Below are positions 16,866 through 26,726 of a stretch of 32,000 nucleotides of DNA, in pieces. The translations under genes and the position numbers were made by a program. Source of the stretch: Candidatus Hadarchaeota archaeon (lineage in GTDB: Archaea; Hadarchaeota; Hadarchaeia; Hadarchaeales; Hadarchaeaceae); NCBI GenBank assembly GCA_964514965.1, contig CAZETV010000001.1, positions 180,001 to 212,000 of the forward strand. The letters run 5' to 3'. Position 1 is the first letter of the stretch. Every line of letters begins with the position of its first letter. The notes below the pieces were generated by a model. That model was not told the origin of the DNA, ran no database searches, and worked only from the letters and a program-made list of their open reading frames with translations.

Positions 16866-17642
16866 TCACCTCACCACGTTCATAAATCCAAACCCGAGCG
16901 AGTTCAGCTCTCCGAACCCGGCGTCCAGTCCGAACTGCAATATTTCCCTCCGCATTTCGTCCAGATAACTGAACATGAAACGCCAAAGGGAGCCCAGAAC
17001 CTTCACCTCCTTTCCCCCGAACACAACGTGGGCGCAGGCCGTGTTCATAAACTCGAACTGCTCGAATATCGGGGACTCCTCAATCGCCTTGCCGTAAAAC
17101 TCGCGATATTTCTTGAACAGATTTTCCTCCAGCTGCCTGACGAACGGCTCGAACGGCCATTGCTCCCTCCAGTAGATGTAATCGTAATCCTTGGGCGGGA
17201 CGATGCCGTACTTCTCAAATTTCTCCTTGGGTATGCGGAGCACGATGGGCGTGCCGGTGATCAGCCTGCAAGACCTGCCGATTCTGGGCTCGAGCGGCTT
17301 CACCGACTCAACGCCGAACGACATGTCCCCGATGTTAACGGGCACCCGCTCTTCCATTATGCGCTCCAATTTGTCGTTCAGGAGTTTTATGATCCCGACC
17401 TCCGGGGAGGATATCAGAAATTGCCTGAGCTCACCCTTCTCCATGCTCTCGGACGGATTCTCTTTCGTGCCCTTTGGTGGAAAGATGTTCGAGAAGCAGA
17501 AGAACTTGTACCCCCGCCTGTCGTGAAGTTTGACATACGGCGTTTCATTGAGCAGGCCATAGATGAAACCCTGGAGCTTGCGGTGATATTTCAATTCATA
17601 CGCTTGGTTCTTCAACGACTTCAATTTGATAAGGAGCCTCAT
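16866..17642 (-). CDS. cas6: CRISPR-associated endoribonuclease Cas6 (intact)
   Basis: MRLLIKLKSLKNQAYELKYHRKLQGFIYGLLN... and C-terminal G-rich loop LDAGFGELNSLGFGFMNVV. Confidence 0.93.
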   Translation of the reverse strand: MRLLIKLKSLKNQAYELKYHRKLQGFIYGLLNETPYVKLHDRRGYKFFCFSNIFPPKGTKENPSESMEKGELRQFLISSPEVGIIKLLNDKLERIMEERVPVNIGDMSFGVESVKPLEPRIGRSCRLITGTPIVLRIPKEKFEKYGIVPPKDYDYIYWREQWPFEPFVRQLEENLFKKYREFYGKAIEESPIFEQFEFMNTACAHVVFGGKEVKVLGSLWRFMFSYLDEMRREILQFGLDAGFGELNSLGFGFMNVVR

Positions 17643-17660
17643 TACATCAAGCCTACACAG

Positions 17661-18824
17661 CTAAAGTCTGCGAATCTCCGCTACCCGCTCCAAAGACTCC
17701 TCTTCCTTAGGAGCCAGCGGTTTTTCCTGCGTCCATACCGGTAGGGGTCTCCTCTGCATCTTGATCCGCTGGAACTCTCTCCCGGCCTTGAGCTTCTTCT
17801 CCTTCGAGGTCTTCCTGATCGCATCGATGCCGGGCTTGACTCCCTCGAGATCGAGCACGTCAAGTTCCTCAAATCTCCGGGCAATATCGAAGGCGTCGGA
17901 GCCAGTTTGCGTTCGGACGAGCACCGTGGACCTGCCGAGGGGTGACCCTGCCGCACCCACCGAGATGTCCGCGAGCTCAGCCGCGAAGTCCATACACACT
18001 TTGCACGGTTGACAAACGTACCGCTCCACCGATTCTAAAGCAAGCTCGCGCCTTGGTTTTTGCTTGAGGTAGATGATGAATCGCCCCCGTTTAATGTCGA
18101 ACTTCACGACCTCGGTGAGGTGAGTGCGAAGCTGATTCTGGATGACGCCCCTGAAAAATTTCTCGTATTCAAAAGCGTGAGTACAGAACAATCCTATGCG
18201 GAGCGCGATCGCCCCACCCAAACGGCGGTTGGTCAGCTCCGAGAGCTGCATCCGGCGCGAGGCGATAATCTGGCAAGGTGTACCGACAATTGCCACCCGC
18301 GAGGAGTAGTGCAGGTCAACGGCGTCTCGCAACCCCAAGAAGAGCGGCCCCATTGCATACTTCGAACCTGCGCACTCCATGAGTTCTTTGCGGCCCTTCG
18401 CAAACCTAGGGGTGGGCTGCCACGGCAGAGCCCCCACACCCATAACGATCGCGCCATCGATGAACCCGTTTTCGATGAGAGACGCCAGAAGCGCGGTGAC
18501 AGCCCCGCCATCTTGGGCGCGCGTCTTGATGTCGGGAGACTTCGCACAGACCGAAAGCGCTCGTTGATAGACACCGAACACCTCCTCGTCCGAAGCCTTT
18601 CTCCCAAAAATTTTTTCCTCGAGCCGCCTAAAATCGATCACCTGCGGACACTCATCGTAGCATATGCCGCAGTTTACGCAAGCCTTCTTTAAAACTGGGG
18701 TCACACCTTCCATCGCGAGGCACTCGAACGGGCAGGAGGCGACACATGCCCCGCAGGCGAGACAGTAACCGGGAGTCGTCACCTCCTCTATGAGATCATT
18801 GAATACTTTAGCCGTTCCCACCAC
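17661..18824 (-). CDS. FrhB/FpoF-like coenzyme F420 oxidoreductase beta subunit with 2x[4Fe-4S]
   Basis: CLACGACVASCPFEC...CVNCGICYDECPQ ferredoxin motifs, then GGAVTALLASLIENGFIDGAIVMG, GTPCQIIASRR, IGLFCTHAFEYEKFF. Confidence 0.88.
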   Translation of the reverse strand: MVGTAKVFNDLIEEVTTPGYCLACGACVASCPFECLAMEGVTPVLKKACVNCGICYDECPQVIDFRRLEEKIFGRKASDEEVFGVYQRALSVCAKSPDIKTRAQDGGAVTALLASLIENGFIDGAIVMGVGALPWQPTPRFAKGRKELMECAGSKYAMGPLFLGLRDAVDLHYSSRVAIVGTPCQIIASRRMQLSELTNRRLGGAIALRIGLFCTHAFEYEKFFRGVIQNQLRTHLTEVVKFDIKRGRFIIYLKQKPRRELALESVERYVCQPCKVCMDFAAELADISVGAAGSPLGRSTVLVRTQTGSDAFDIARRFEELDVLDLEGVKPGIDAIRKTSKEKKLKAGREFQRIKMQRRPLPVWTQEKPLAPKEEESLERVAEIRRL

Positions 18825-18961
18825 CCCCAGTTAGAATTTTGACACCCCCAATGGATAGAGTGCGAGCAAAGTAAAGCCGTTTCACGTGCGCCCCTCAGCG
18901 ATTTTAAATTGTGAACTAAGTTTTATAAATTAACACACCAGGGCAAAAGCACCGCCTAGAA

Positions 18962-19939
18962 ATGTTCTCGCACGCTACCCCACTTCGAGTCTTTTCACGT
19001 CAAAGCTTTATCCGCGCTGTCCGAGTTCTAGCCGAGCGTGATCCATTGGCTAAAGCAGTGCTGGGAACGGTGAATGTCGGTGACAGCATGCCCGTGACGA
19101 TAATTTACGCCCTCAACCTGAGCTCCGACTCCTTCTACAGGGGCTCAATCGTCCGAAGTGAACGGGAAGCAGTGGGGAGGGCTTCAAAAGCGATCGAGGA
19201 GGGCGCCCGCATCATCGATTTAGGGGCGATGGGCACAGGGCCTAGGTCGAAGCCCATCTCGGCTGGACAGGAAATGCGTGAGTTAACCCCGGTAATCAGA
19301 GCTCTGGCCCGCGAGTTCGATGTCCCAATTTCGGCAGACACTCAACGGGCGGAAATTGCAGAGGCGGCCATCAACGCCGGGGCGACCGTGATCAACGATA
19401 TCAGCGGGCTCAAGGCCGACCCCAAGATGGCCGAAATTATCGCCAACGCTGGCTGCTCAGCTGTGCTGATGGCGACTAAGCGCGCCCCTGGAGACGTCTA
19501 CAAAATCAACGAGGTCCGTCAAGCTCTCGGGGAAAGCCTGCGCATATGCCGTGAGCGTGGCATCCAACTCAAAAAAGTCGTCCTCGATCCAGCGATTGGG
19601 TACTGGCCAGCTAGGCTTGAGAGGCTGGGCAAATACGCGAACGAGCCGTACGGAAAACTGCCTTACTCTACCGCAACTCTTTTTGATTTAAAAATCATAG
19701 CTGAACTGGGGAGGCTGAAGGGGTTGAAACGCCCAATCTGCCTCGGGATATCGAGGAAAACTTTCATCGGCAAAGTGCTTGACATGCCAGACCCAGCCGA
19801 TCGTCTCGTGGGCTCGCTCGCCGCGACCGCGATAGCTGTGCTCAACGGCGCCAGCGCGATTCGGACCCACGACGTGAAAGAAACCCTTCAAGCCGTCCGG
19901 TTGGCTGAAGCAATCCGAAATGCGGGAGGGGTGGAATGA
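18962..19939 (+). CDS. Archaeal dihydropteroate synthase-like protein (pterin-binding fold)
   Basis: ALNLSSDSFYRGSIV...GARIIDLGAMGTGP...ISADTQRAEIAEAAINAGATVINDISGL...VVLDPAIGYWP. Confidence 0.85.
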   Translation: MFSHATPLRVFSRQSFIRAVRVLAERDPLAKAVLGTVNVGDSMPVTIIYALNLSSDSFYRGSIVRSEREAVGRASKAIEEGARIIDLGAMGTGPRSKPISAGQEMRELTPVIRALAREFDVPISADTQRAEIAEAAINAGATVINDISGLKADPKMAEIIANAGCSAVLMATKRAPGDVYKINEVRQALGESLRICRERGIQLKKVVLDPAIGYWPARLERLGKYANEPYGKLPYSTATLFDLKIIAELGRLKGLKRPICLGISRKTFIGKVLDMPDPADRLVGSLAATAIAVLNGASAIRTHDVKETLQAVRLAEAIRNAGGVE

Positions 19940-20697
19940 GGATTCTAGGTTTGAAAATGCCGCTGATTAAGCCCGGAGACGACCTTTCGACGATGATAGC
20001 CAGAGCGGCTGAACAGGTTGGAGGCCTTAAGAATGGCGATACCATCGTAATCTCCTCTAAGGTTATCGCGACTGTGCAGGGCCGGGTGCGAGAACTCGCA
20101 AGGGTTCGCCCATCGACGCGCGCTATGAAGATTGCGGCGAAGAGCGGTCAGGACCCAGAGTTTGTCGAGCTCGTGCTGCGCGAGGCGAACCGCGTTCTCA
20201 GCATTTCGAAGGACGTTATTCTAACATTAAAAGATAAAGTAATTTGTGCGAACGCGGGAGTAGATAACTCAAATGCCCCCCCAGGCCATGCCATACTCCT
20301 GCCAAAAGACTCCAACCGAGCCGCGAGAGAACTGCAGCAAACAATCGCGCGGAAGATGAACGCCAAAGTTGGAATAATCATCGCCGACAGCAACGTCAAG
20401 CCCCTTCGTATGGGAACGATTGGCCAAGCGATAGGAGTGGCGGGATTGGAACCTATCTTAGATTGTCGGGGGCAGCACGACCTCTACGGCAAGCCGCTCC
20501 ATTTGACATTTCGGGCGCTCGCTGACCAGCTTGCCACAGCGGCGCAGATTGTGATGGGCGAGGCCGCCGAGGGGGTTCCCGTCGCAGTATTGCGGGAGAC
20601 TGGAGTTGAAATCGTAGAAAAGACGAAGCACTCACCGAATATTTCGCCCAAGAAGTGCATTTATAAAGATGTGCTAAATCTTTCGAAAAAAATTTAG
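19936..20697 (+). CDS. Second CofE-like gamma-glutamyl ligase paralog
   Basis: MRILGLKMPLIKPGDDLSTMI...DKVICANAGVDNSNAPPGHAILLP...IIADSNVKPLRMGTIGQAIGVAG; 4-nt overlap with the DHPS-like gene. Confidence 0.85.
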   Translation: MRILGLKMPLIKPGDDLSTMIARAAEQVGGLKNGDTIVISSKVIATVQGRVRELARVRPSTRAMKIAAKSGQDPEFVELVLREANRVLSISKDVILTLKDKVICANAGVDNSNAPPGHAILLPKDSNRAARELQQTIARKMNAKVGIIIADSNVKPLRMGTIGQAIGVAGLEPILDCRGQHDLYGKPLHLTFRALADQLATAAQIVMGEAAEGVPVAVLRETGVEIVEKTKHSPNISPKKCIYKDVLNLSKKI

Positions 20698-20789
20698 TGG
20701 TGGGCCCGCCGAGAGTCGAACTCGGGATCTTCACCTCTCCCACCAAGATGGATGTAAGGGTGACGTCTTAACCACTAGACCACGGGCCC
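20698..20789 (-). tRNA. tRNA-Val(TAC) with 16-nt canonical intron and encoded CCA
   Basis: GGGCCCGTGGTCTAGTGGTTAAGACGTCACCCTTACA[TCCATCTTGGTGGGAG]AGGTGAAGATCCCGAGTTCGACTCTCGGCGGGCCCACCA. Intron at 20737-20752; all arms pair; BHB central helix CTTA/TGGG. Confidence 0.94.
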
Positions 20790-20915
20790 AGTTGATTTTT
20801 CGTTCCACAGATAAAAGTTTACTCGCCCAGAGCTCTCAGACGATCATGATTATCCCGGTGCTAAGATTCTTGTTCCCTTGGCATGACGTTATAACCGCGA
20901 GATTTTGTTTGAGTA

Positions 20916-21977
20916 TTAATCCGAGTTTGGTGTCTCTCCCGATGTCGCAGAAATACTGGAATTCATGGCGGTCAAGTTCAGAACTATTTCCGAAATATCA
21001 CTACTGTATTCAGCTATCCTCCGCAAACTCTCTGTAATAAGCCTCAAATTCATTGCATCTTGAATTTTGAAAATCGACTTTACCACTTTTTCTTCCAGAT
21101 TATAGATTTTATTCTTTTGCTCAATTACCTCTTCTGCAATTTCGTAATCCTCTTTAAACACGGCAGATACGGATTTCTCCAGTAAGGAATTAGCAAACGT
21201 ACTCGTTGCCAAGATATTTTGCATGATCCCCTTACTGACGGGTGTTTTGATGAGCTTGACTTTCTCGGCAATTGAAGAAGCGTGGTCAGCAATCCTCTCC
21301 ACACTTTTAACTATCAACCTGTAACCAAGGCAATCTCTCGCGTTCTCTAGGCCTATTTCCTTGATCAGCCTAGAATCTTGCACCGCCGACTTAATTTGCC
21401 TTATAATGTACATGCTGAATCTGTCCACTTCATTATCCATTTTAATCACTTCACCCGCAATTTCTTTGTCCAATTTTTCTAAAGCTGAAATAGCATCTTT
21501 TTGCATGGATGACGCTATTAAACACACGCGCCTGAGAGCATCCTTGATGGAGAGTTCTGGGTAGCTGAGTAACACCTGCAAAGTCATCTTTTCAGCGGAA
21601 TCCGATATTATCTCTATTCCAACTAATTTTTCTCGGATGAAATTCTTGACGATTTCTCTCTGAGGGGAACTGATTTTATTATCCGTAGCGATTAAATGGA
21701 TGATGTTGTATCCAACAAGATAGAGCGAGATAATCTTTCTAGCTATTTTATAGGGGTCGTCATTCGGGAAAACTTGAATAGTAACTTCAGCCTGCTTTTT
21801 TTGCCCCTTAATACTTGGTGGAAAAACTTGTAATGAAGAATTTCCCTGTTTTTTTATTATTAGACTGTCTCCAGGCTTGACCTTCATTTCTGTGACCCAG
21901 CTCTTAGGCAAAGAAATTATGTAAGTAGATCCACCTGTCACTTGAACCTTTCTAATTTCATCTTTTTGATCTCTCAT
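20916..21977 (-). CDS. AbrB-domain + PhoU-domain phosphate uptake regulator
   Basis: RKVQVTGGSTYIISLPKSWVTEMKVKPGDSLII (SpoVT/AbrB), then two PhoU-like helical repeats (ERIADHASSIAEKV, RRIAEYSSDISEIV). Confidence 0.87.
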   Translation of the reverse strand: MRDQKDEIRKVQVTGGSTYIISLPKSWVTEMKVKPGDSLIIKKQGNSSLQVFPPSIKGQKKQAEVTIQVFPNDDPYKIARKIISLYLVGYNIIHLIATDNKISSPQREIVKNFIREKLVGIEIISDSAEKMTLQVLLSYPELSIKDALRRVCLIASSMQKDAISALEKLDKEIAGEVIKMDNEVDRFSMYIIRQIKSAVQDSRLIKEIGLENARDCLGYRLIVKSVERIADHASSIAEKVKLIKTPVSKGIMQNILATSTFANSLLEKSVSAVFKEDYEIAEEVIEQKNKIYNLEEKVVKSIFKIQDAMNLRLITESLRRIAEYSSDISEIVLNLTAMNSSISATSGETPNSD

Positions 21978-22110
21978 TCGTTTTCACCAATAAAAGCGAA
22001 GTAAAAAGTTAAATATATAGTTTTCTATAGTACGCTTTTTAATATATAGAATATTTGGATAACTCATAAATAATCCATTTTCTATATATAATTCAAAAAA
22101 AGAGGATAAA
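21978..22110 (+). promoter_or_regulatory. Divergent promoter region between phoU-like regulator and pstS
   Basis: AT-rich 133 bp with repeated TTTTCTATA elements (22021, 22079) and several TATA-like motifs; RBS-like gagg before pstS ATG. Confidence 0.5.
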
Positions 22111-22950
22111 ATGAAGGGCACAATATTGGCTGTGATGAGCTTGGTAGTGGTGGCAGCGCTAATTGGCGGATGGATAACATCACTGAATTCGGGAGAAGAT
22201 GTTGAGACTAGATCAATAATGGTGACAGGGTCAACAACCGTACTGCCAATAGCCCAAGCAGCTGCAGAATCTTGGATGGATACCCACCCAAACGATAGTA
22301 TCTTCGTGGAGGGTGGAGGGTCTGGCGTCGGTATTGCATCGCTGACAGATGGGACATGTGATATTGCCGATTCTTCAAGAGAGCTAAAGACCGAGGAGCA
22401 AGAGGGAAGGAACTTGATTAAACACAAGATCGCTTTGGATGCAGTTTGCGTGATAGTTCACTCAAGCAATGTAGTCAACGGATTGACGATTGACGAAGTT
22501 AGACAGATATTTGACGGAGAAATTACCAACTGGAGCGAAGTAGGTGGAGCCAACCTTGAAATAGTCGTCTACACGAGAGAGTCCACATCTGGAACTTTTG
22601 AAACATTTAAAGATTTAGTAATGGAACCGGGTGGCAAGGAGATAACGGTCGAGGCGATAAATAAGAACTCGAATGGTGAGATGGCACAAGCAGTAAGCGA
22701 CAACCCCAACGGGATTGGCTATGTGGGTATAGGCTACTTAGCTACAAATTCTGGGATTAAGGGACTAAAACTAAACAACATTGCACCATCCAATGAAACC
22801 GTGCGGGATGGAACTTATCCTATCTCCAGATTCCTGTACATGATCACGAATGGAGAGCCCCAAGGACTTGCCAAAGACTTCATAGATTTCGTGCTGAGCC
22901 AAGACGGTCAGGCGATAGTAGGTGAACAGGGCTTTGTACCACTGCCATGA
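22111..22950 (+). CDS. pstS: Phosphate ABC transporter substrate-binding protein
   Basis: N-terminal signal/anchor then SIMVTGSTTVLPIAQAAAESWM...VEGGGSGVGIASL...REEGRN-like core, GYVGIGYL. Confidence 0.93.
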   Translation: MKGTILAVMSLVVVAALIGGWITSLNSGEDVETRSIMVTGSTTVLPIAQAAAESWMDTHPNDSIFVEGGGSGVGIASLTDGTCDIADSSRELKTEEQEGRNLIKHKIALDAVCVIVHSSNVVNGLTIDEVRQIFDGEITNWSEVGGANLEIVVYTRESTSGTFETFKDLVMEPGGKEITVEAINKNSNGEMAQAVSDNPNGIGYVGIGYLATNSGIKGLKLNNIAPSNETVRDGTYPISRFLYMITNGEPQGLAKDFIDFVLSQDGQAIVGEQGFVPLP

Positions 22951-23005
22951 ATCTGAAAAAGCCGCAGCAGCATCTTTGCCATCTTTATTTTTTTGAGGTA
23001 TATTT

Positions 23006-23890
23006 ATGAGCGGAAAAAAATTTGTTCAAATTTTTTCTGGAAAATTATTAACGGCAATCTTCGCGTCGGTCTCTATTTTAGCAATCCTTTTCATATTTGT
23101 TTTCATTTTTTCACAAGGTTTACCAATTTTTGAGCGAGTTAGTATATCTAATTTCTTGTTCAATACCCAATGGCGTCCAACAGCTACTTCCCCATCCTTT
23201 GGAATTCTGCCTCTAGTCTATGGGTCACTTCTTGTCACAGGTTTAGCTTTGCTGATAGCAGTCCCGCTTGGCATTTTAGGAGCAATATATATCGCCGAGA
23301 TTTCTCATCCTAAGCTCAAAGAGATTCTAAAGCCAGTAATAGAGATCCTCTCGGCCATCCCCTCTGTAGTTTATGGATTTTTCGGGTTGCTTGTTTTAGT
23401 TCCTTTTATTAAAAATACTTTTGGACTTCCTGTAGGCGAAACCGCGCTCACTGGAGGAATAATTCTTGCCATAATGGTCCTACCAACAATCCTGAGCATC
23501 TCGGAAGATGCGATGAGTTCTGTGCCAAGAGAGTACAAGGAGGCTTCTTTGGCCCTAGGTGCGACTAGATGGCGGACAATCAGGAGCGTGACAATACCCG
23601 CAGCCGCATCGGGGATAAGTATAGGCATAATCCTCGGATTTGGTAGGGCGATCGGTGAAACCATCGCAGTAATGATGGTATGCGGAGGTTCCCCGATAAT
23701 TCCTATCTCGATTTTCTCCCCTGTTAGAACAATGCCACAGACAATAGCGGCTGAGATGGGAGAAGCTGTATTCGGAAGTGTCCACTACAATGCTCTATTT
23801 GCCCTAGGAATAGTCCTCTTTATCATAACTTTTTTGCTTAATTCACTTGCGGGCAGGTTACTGAAAAGAGGTTGGAGCGGAAGGAGATGA
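23006..23890 (+). CDS. pstC: Phosphate ABC transporter permease PstC
   Basis: Hydrophobic permease with EYKEASLALGATRWRTIRSVTIPAAASGI EAA loop. Confidence 0.93.
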   Translation: MSGKKFVQIFSGKLLTAIFASVSILAILFIFVFIFSQGLPIFERVSISNFLFNTQWRPTATSPSFGILPLVYGSLLVTGLALLIAVPLGILGAIYIAEISHPKLKEILKPVIEILSAIPSVVYGFFGLLVLVPFIKNTFGLPVGETALTGGIILAIMVLPTILSISEDAMSSVPREYKEASLALGATRWRTIRSVTIPAAASGISIGIILGFGRAIGETIAVMMVCGGSPIIPISIFSPVRTMPQTIAAEMGEAVFGSVHYNALFALGIVLFIITFLLNSLAGRLLKRGWSGRR

Positions 23891-24744
23891 AAGCAACAAA
23901 GATTTCTCAGACTGCCGGATTTTGGGCGTCTAGATTTGCAATTTTGATTGTTCTCGGACTTCTCGGATATTTGCTATTCTATATAATCTGGAATGGGGCC
24001 GGGATCATAAGTTGGGATTTTCTGACCCAACCCCCCACCCAAGGAATGACTGAAGGAGGAATTTTCCCCATGATAATTGGGACCCTTCTTTTGGTGAGTT
24101 TGGCGATAGCTATAGCCCTTCCGTTCGGGCTAATGTCCGCTATTTACTTAGTGGAATACGCTCCAAGCGAAAGCAGGTTTGTCAGATGGGTTAACTCAGC
24201 GGTATACAATCTGAACGGGGTGCCGTCAATAGTGTTTGGTCTTTTCGGCTTGGCATTTTTTGTAAAATTTCTTGGATTAGGAGCCTGTCTACTCTCGGCT
24301 TCCTTAACTCTATCTCTGATGATCCTCCCCACTGTAATCACGACATCAGTTGAGGCCCTCAGAAGCGTGCCCGATTCATTTAGGGAAGGAAGCATGGCTC
24401 TCGGGGCGAGTAAATGGCAAACCATATGGAAGGTTGTTTCGCCTGCGGCATTTCCGGGGATTATAACAGGAGCTATCCTAGGGGTAGGAAGGGCGGCTGG
24501 AGAAACAGCCCCACTTCTCTTCACGGGCGCAGTTTTTTACATGAAGGGTTTACCAAGCTCTGTGCTTGCTCCAGTGATGGCACTCCCCTACCATTTGTTT
24601 GTGCTGGCGACTGAACATCCCAATATTTCCGAAGTTAGACCAATCCAATTTGGAACGGCCTTGGTGCTCCTCATGTTAGTCCTATCGATTAGCCTAATTG
24701 CGGCTCTGATCAGACATCGTTATAGAAAGATGAGGAAGTGGTAA
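23872..24744 (+). CDS. pstA: Phosphate ABC transporter permease PstA
   Basis: [35 protein letters not shown] loop; overlaps pstC. Confidence 0.93.
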   Translation: MERKEMKATKISQTAGFWASRFAILIVLGLLGYLLFYIIWNGAGIISWDFLTQPPTQGMTEGGIFPMIIGTLLLVSLAIAIALPFGLMSAIYLVEYAPSESRFVRWVNSAVYNLNGVPSIVFGLFGLAFFVKFLGLGACLLSASLTLSLMILPTVITTSVEALRSVPDSFREGSMALGASKWQTIWKVVSPAAFPGIITGAILGVGRAAGETAPLLFTGAVFYMKGLPSSVLAPVMALPYHLFVLATEHPNISEVRPIQFGTALVLLMLVLSISLIAALIRHRYRKMRKW

Positions 24745-24745
24745 G

Positions 24746-25501
24746 ATGAAAGTAAAAATTGAGACAAGAAACCTAAACGTTTGGTACAGAAATAACCATG
24801 CTGTCGAGGATTTCTCCATCGAAATACCCGCGAACCAAATAACTGCTATAATCGGACCATCTGGCTGCGGAAAATCAACTTTCATAAAAACGCTCAACAG
24901 GCTCGTCGAACTTACCGAGGGGGCCAGGGTTAGCGGGGAAGTATTGATCGATGGAAAGAACATCTATGACTCAAATGTGGATGAAACCGAGGTGAGGTGG
25001 AAAATGGGGATGGTTTTCCAAAAGCCCAATCCATTCCCCAAGTCAATATACGACAACATAAGTTATGGCATCAGACTCCACAACCATTGTGACGGGGCAG
25101 AGTTAGATAAACGGGTCGAGGAGAATTTGAGAAAAGCTGCCCTCTGGGAGGAAGTAAAGGACTGGCTGAAGAAGTCTGCCTTCGAAATCTCAGGAGGGCA
25201 ACAGCAGCGTTTATGTATTGCGCGGGCGCTGGCTGTGGAACCCGAAGTTATCCTGATGGATGAGCCGTGCTCGGCATTGGACCCGATCGCTACTACAAAG
25301 ATAGAAGACCTGCTGTTCGAGCTGAAAAAGGATTACACGATAGTGATAGTGACTCACAACATGCAACAGGCCGCGAGGGTTTCCGATTACACCGCATTTA
25401 TGTATTTGGGTAAACTTGTAGAATATGGACCGACTCATGAAATATTTGAGAGGCCAAAAAATAAGCAAACTCAGGATTATGTCAGGGGGAGATTTGGGTG
25501 A
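24746..25501 (+). CDS. pstB: Phosphate ABC transporter ATPase
   Basis: [68 protein letters not shown]. Confidence 0.97.
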   Translation: MKVKIETRNLNVWYRNNHAVEDFSIEIPANQITAIIGPSGCGKSTFIKTLNRLVELTEGARVSGEVLIDGKNIYDSNVDETEVRWKMGMVFQKPNPFPKSIYDNISYGIRLHNHCDGAELDKRVEENLRKAALWEEVKDWLKKSAFEISGGQQQRLCIARALAVEPEVILMDEPCSALDPIATTKIEDLLFELKKDYTIVIVTHNMQQAARVSDYTAFMYLGKLVEYGPTHEIFERPKNKQTQDYVRGRFG

Positions 25502-26169
25502 ACAAGACAAGGCCAATTCACAGAAAGCGCTTCTCGGAGGAGCTTGAGGAGCTAAAAACTCGCTTGATGGAGATGAGTGAGCTAGCGACCGCATCAGTGG
25601 AAAATGCAGTCAAGAGCCTGACCGACCAGAACATCAAGCTTGCGAATAGAGTAATAAAATATGACGAAAAAATAGATAGCCTCGAACTTGAGATAGAGAA
25701 GACTTGCATGCGATTGATAGCCCTTCAACAGCCGATGGGGGAAGACCTGAGAACAATTGGAGCATGCTTAAAAATAATCACGGACTTGGAACGAATAGGC
25801 GACCGGGCAAAAGATATAGCCGTCATATCAAAGGGGCTCGCAGGAAGGCCCCTAGTCAAGCCCCTTGTGGATATCCCATTAATGTCGAAGTTGGCAATTG
25901 AAATGATGAAAGACAGCGTGAAAGCTTTCAAGACCCAAGATTCATCCCTAGCCTGGGGGCTGGGTGAAAGAGATGACAGAGTTGACCTGCTGTGCCAACA
26001 AGTCACAAGAGAGTTGTTTTCGTATATAATAGAGAACCCAAGAAAAACTTCAGATGCGTCCCAACTAATGTTTGTAGCTTCTTACTTAGAGAGAATAGCT
26101 GACCATGCAACGAATATAGGAGAAAGAGTAATTTACATTGTTAAAGGGGAACGAGTAAAAATAAACTGA
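25498..26169 (+). CDS. phoU: Phosphate transport regulator PhoU
   Basis: [30 protein letters not shown]...[15 protein letters not shown]...[15 protein letters not shown]. Confidence 0.92.
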   Translation: MNKTRPIHRKRFSEELEELKTRLMEMSELATASVENAVKSLTDQNIKLANRVIKYDEKIDSLELEIEKTCMRLIALQQPMGEDLRTIGACLKIITDLERIGDRAKDIAVISKGLAGRPLVKPLVDIPLMSKLAIEMMKDSVKAFKTQDSSLAWGLGERDDRVDLLCQQVTRELFSYIIENPRKTSDASQLMFVASYLERIADHATNIGERVIYIVKGERVKIN

Positions 26170-26228
26170 GTTTCTCTCTCCTCGGCTTTATCTTCTTGAG
26201 CCAATATTTTCTTTCTGAACTTGGATAA

Positions 26229-26332
26229 TGGCGCCGGGGCAGGGATTTGAACCCTGGAAGCGCTAACGCGCAACGGGGTGTTTGCAGTTGACTATAGCAA
26301 CCCCGCTCCTTACCTGGCTGGGACACCCCGGC
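26229..26332 (-). tRNA. tRNA-Ser(GCT) with 15-nt canonical intron and encoded CCA
   Basis: GCCGGGGTGTCCCAGCCAGGTAAGGAGCGGGGTTGCTA[TAGTCAACTGCAAAC]ACCCCGTTGCGCGTTAGCGCTTCCAGGGTTCAAATCCCTGCCCCGGCGCCA. Long variable arm GCGC/GCGC; BHB central helix TTGC/GCAA. Intron at 26280-26294. Confidence 0.92.
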
Positions 26333-26410
26333 ACTTAAAATGAAATCGGAGGTTTGCTCCTTTATAAGTAACCTTAATTCAAAGATTTCGGCAAGTGAAC
26401 TGGATTAAAA

Positions 26411-26722
26411 GGCGACGAGCGCGCCCGAAGTTGACGCCTTCCCCACATGCCGATTACTGGCCCCAAACTCCATCTCGTGGTCCGCAAGCGTCGCACGTCC
26501 TATCTACGGCTGCTGACTTCCGCCCCTGACCGGATTCGACAGGTGGAGACAGTTTACCTTAGTGCTACCACCAAGGCCCTGCCGCCGCCGACCCTGCGGG
26601 ACGAGATATCTTCGCCGGAAACCAGGTCGAACATATGGTTCCAACGCCGTCCTCGAGCTTCGGCCCACCATAAACCCCATTTGTGGTAGAGGCAAGGGGT
26701 GGCTGCCCGCCTAGCTCGCCGC
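26411..26722 (-). ncRNA. Archaeal SRP (7S) RNA
   Basis: Minus strand contains SRP domain IV motif CCGGTCAGGGGCGGAAGTCAGCAGCCG; 5' GCGGCGAGC pairs with 3' GCTCGTCGC; followed by a T-run (TTTT). Ends are estimated. Confidence 0.88.
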
Positions 26723-26726
26723 AATA

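Noticed and set aside
16789-16986. 65-aa minus-strand ORF
   Set aside because: Alternative frame of the intact cas6 3' end extending into the intergenic region.
17028-17744. 238-aa plus-strand ORF
   Set aside because: Antisense to cas6 and the frhB-like gene start/stop region; no recognisable motif.
18060-18692. 210-aa plus-strand ORF
   Set aside because: Antisense to the well-supported FrhB-like protein.
21984-22427. 147-aa minus-strand ORF
   Set aside because: Antisense to pstS and its promoter.
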